IMG/VR virus record: IMGVR_UViG_3300020426_000008
Span: 1 to 44,675 of that record
Direction: 5' to 3' (one strand)
DNA: 44,675 bases
Source: a virus
Taxonomy: Duplodnaviria > Caudoviricetes
The notes under the pieces were generated by a model that saw only the letters and a list, made by a program, of their open reading frames with translations, ran no database searches and was not told the DNA's origin. Both the position numbers and the translations under genes were made by a program. The stretch's first letter is position 1. Every line of letters begins with the position of its first letter. Shown here piece by piece: positions 43,111-44,675 of this stretch.

Positions 43111-43422
43111 CTATTCTCCTTCACTACTGGCTAGGCGGTCGGGGAACTGGCATTTCAGCAGCCGCGATTGCTCGACCATCATTTCGCAACAGGCCATCGC
43201 GGTCTGCCTTGCGTGGTGGTGCGCCTGATCGAACGCGCGGGCACTAATCATGGTCGGCAGGTGGGTGACCGTGACCCATGCGGCGTTCGGGCCGCAATGC
43301 CACATGCCAGACGCGGGGCGGTCCTCGACTATATCGACGCGCCAGATGTTTTCCCGAGTTTTCCCATTAACCGCCTCTATAGGCGGCGTCGTTTTCCCTG
43401 CGGCGTTTTCCGTTTCTGCCAT
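43111..43422 (-). CDS. Peptide chain release factor domain-like protein lacking GGQ
   Basis: WVTVTHLPTMISA...HHARQTAM resembles the RF motif AVRITHLPTGI...QHKNR..AM. Confidence 0.55.
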   Translation of the reverse strand: MAETENAAGKTTPPIEAVNGKTRENIWRVDIVEDRPASGMWHCGPNAAWVTVTHLPTMISARAFDQAHHHARQTAMACCEMMVEQSRLLKCQFPDRLASSEGE

Positions 43423-43458
43423 TTTCGCTCGCCTTTTCAATTCCTTGCCGTTTTTCGA

Positions 43459-44001
43459 CTATAAAACATTGTTAACTCGCTGCCGCGCTGCGTTCACCGC
43501 GTCCATGAAGCGTGTGGAGATGCAGCGACCGTCAAAGTCGGGATCGAATATGCCCATTAGAGCCGCCTTCTCGGCGCTCATCATCGAACACTCGTCATCG
43601 AGGACGATTTGCTCGTAGAACTCCATGGCGTCGAGCATATGCCCCTGCCATTCTCCTACGTCGCATTCGAACTCTGTCAGAACAAAGGTGTGGTCCGTCC
43701 AGTCGCCACCCTTGCGAACTTCGGCAATTGCGGCGCGTAATTCTGGCGCGCCCTTGAACCATTCCCCTCGGACACGCAGGGCATCCCAACACACATGCCA
43801 GAAATCCTCCTGCCAGCCCAAGTTGTCGAACTCGTCTAGCAGGGTGAGTTTGCGGGGGTTTCCGACCTGGAGGCTGCTGAGCCGCGCAAAGGCGTCACGC
43901 CCTCGCCCGATCTTGATGTGGCCGCTCTCTTCCTCTTCCACGAAGTAGAGGTTGTCGCCCTTGTATTCGTGGGTCTCTTCATCAAGATAGGTTCTAGGCA
44001 T
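43459..44001 (-). CDS. T5orf172/GIY-YIG family nuclease-domain protein
   Basis: LYFVE...IKIGR...RLSSLQVGNP..L...RGEWF. Confidence 0.85.
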   Translation of the reverse strand: MPRTYLDEETHEYKGDNLYFVEEEESGHIKIGRGRDAFARLSSLQVGNPRKLTLLDEFDNLGWQEDFWHVCWDALRVRGEWFKGAPELRAAIAEVRKGGDWTDHTFVLTEFECDVGEWQGHMLDAMEFYEQIVLDDECSMMSAEKAALMGIFDPDFDGRCISTRFMDAVNAARQRVNNVL

Positions 44002-44023
44002 GGCCGGTCCTTTCGGCTTTGTC

Positions 44024-44057
44024 GGGTCGGGAAGGTTGCCCCCTTCTCGGCCCTTTT
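44024..44057 (+). terminator. Intrinsic terminator near attR
   Basis: GGGTCGGGAAGG/CCTTCTCGGCCC stem plus TTTT. Confidence 0.6.
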
Positions 44058-44154
44058 AGGTTGGACAAACCACCCTCGGGACGCCGCAGGATTGCGTGGG
44101 CCGTTTGGGCAGGTTGGGCAGCACTAACTTGCTGACTCTGCGAGTATATGTGAG

Positions 44155-44172
44155 TCCGCCCCTGGGCACCAC
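44155..44172 (+). repeat. attR core
   Basis: Identical to 60-77. Confidence 0.95.
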
Positions 44173-44231
44173 TTCGCTACCCCGGCCAATCGTAAAAACT
44201 TGCCTCGCTGCCCCTACCAGCGCGCGGCCGA

Positions 44232-44675
44232 CTATTGCGTCGCCAGATCGTCCGCCGCGGCGCCGATTTCGGCCCAGATGCGCGCCAGGTCTTCATCCTC
44301 GATACAATAGGGCGGCATCACGTAGACGGTGTTGCCGAGCGGGCGCAGCAACAGGTCCGCCTCGCGGAACCGGCGCAACAGCCGCGGTCCGAGTTCGGAA
44401 AGATAGCTCCCCGCCGGATCGCCCAGTTCGAGCGCGGCGATCGTGCCGCAGCGCCGGGCATTGCGCACCATGGCATGTCCCGACAGCGCATCGAGATGCG
44501 TCTGCTGCTTTTCTGCCAGCGTTGCGACACGTTCGCGCACGGGTTCTTCGCGCCAGATCGCCAGATTGGCGACCGCTGCGGCGCAGGCCAGCGGATTGGC
44601 GGTGTAGCTCGACGAATGGTAGAAGGTCCTCGTGCGGTCGGTCGAATAATGCGCGTGCCAGATCGGCTCGCTCGC
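44232..44675 (-). CDS. bioA: Adenosylmethionine-8-amino-7-oxononanoate aminotransferase, 3' part (host)
   Basis: FYHSSSYTANPLACAAA, LLRPLGNTVYVMPPYCI; runs off the window end. Confidence 0.92.
   Translation of the reverse strand, partial: ASEPIWHAHYSTDRTRTFYHSSSYTANPLACAAAVANLAIWREEPVRERVATLAEKQQTHLDALSGHAMVRNARRCGTIAALELGDPAGSYLSELGPRLLRRFREADLLLRPLGNTVYVMPPYCIEDEDLARIWAEIGAAADDLATQ

Larger units (their letters stand above)
60..44172. mobile_element. Complete temperate prophage with podovirus-type (BPP-1/T7-like) virion module
   Basis: Bounded by 18-bp direct repeats of the tRNA 3' end; integrase, immunity, replication, packaging, head, tail and lysis genes all present. Confidence 0.96.

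Noticed and set aside
43461-43475. CtrA box-like ATAA-N7-TTAA
   Set aside because: Single imperfect match inside a coding 3' end; insufficient support.
37022-44172. Diversity-generating retroelement, expected given the BPP-1-like head genes
   Set aside because: No reverse transcriptase motif and no template/variable repeat pair seen.

Overview
The window is a complete ~44.1-kb temperate prophage integrated at the 3' end of a tRNA-Phe(GAA) gene. The host looks alphaproteobacterial (GapR/GcrA-like genes; sphingomonad-like is my inference). An 18-bp att core is repeated at 60-77 and 44155-44172, and host bioA follows. Gene order: tyrosine integrase; leftward early accessory operon (DHH phosphoesterase, Lar-like, many small ORFs); lambda-like CI/Cro switch; rightward early operon (CII-like, GcrA-like, DnaA-C-like, YqaJ exonuclease, GapR/DUF2312, ExoX-like, VRR-NUC, primase-helicase plus an iteron origin); BPP-1/T7-like podovirus morphogenesis genes; GH19 lysis cassette; and leftward right-end genes (DUF6440-like lipoprotein, release-factor-like protein, T5orf172/GIY-YIG). 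The most unusual signal is a dispersed 75-82-bp element present three times (2000-2074, 2999-3080, 42861-42939). Its copies share a multi-branch fold with compensatory changes and mostly GNA triloops, which points to a structured single-stranded DNA element. Two inverted copies bracket the DHH gene exactly, and the third encodes a lipoprotein signal peptide. All family assignments come from motif recognition by eye, not database searches.
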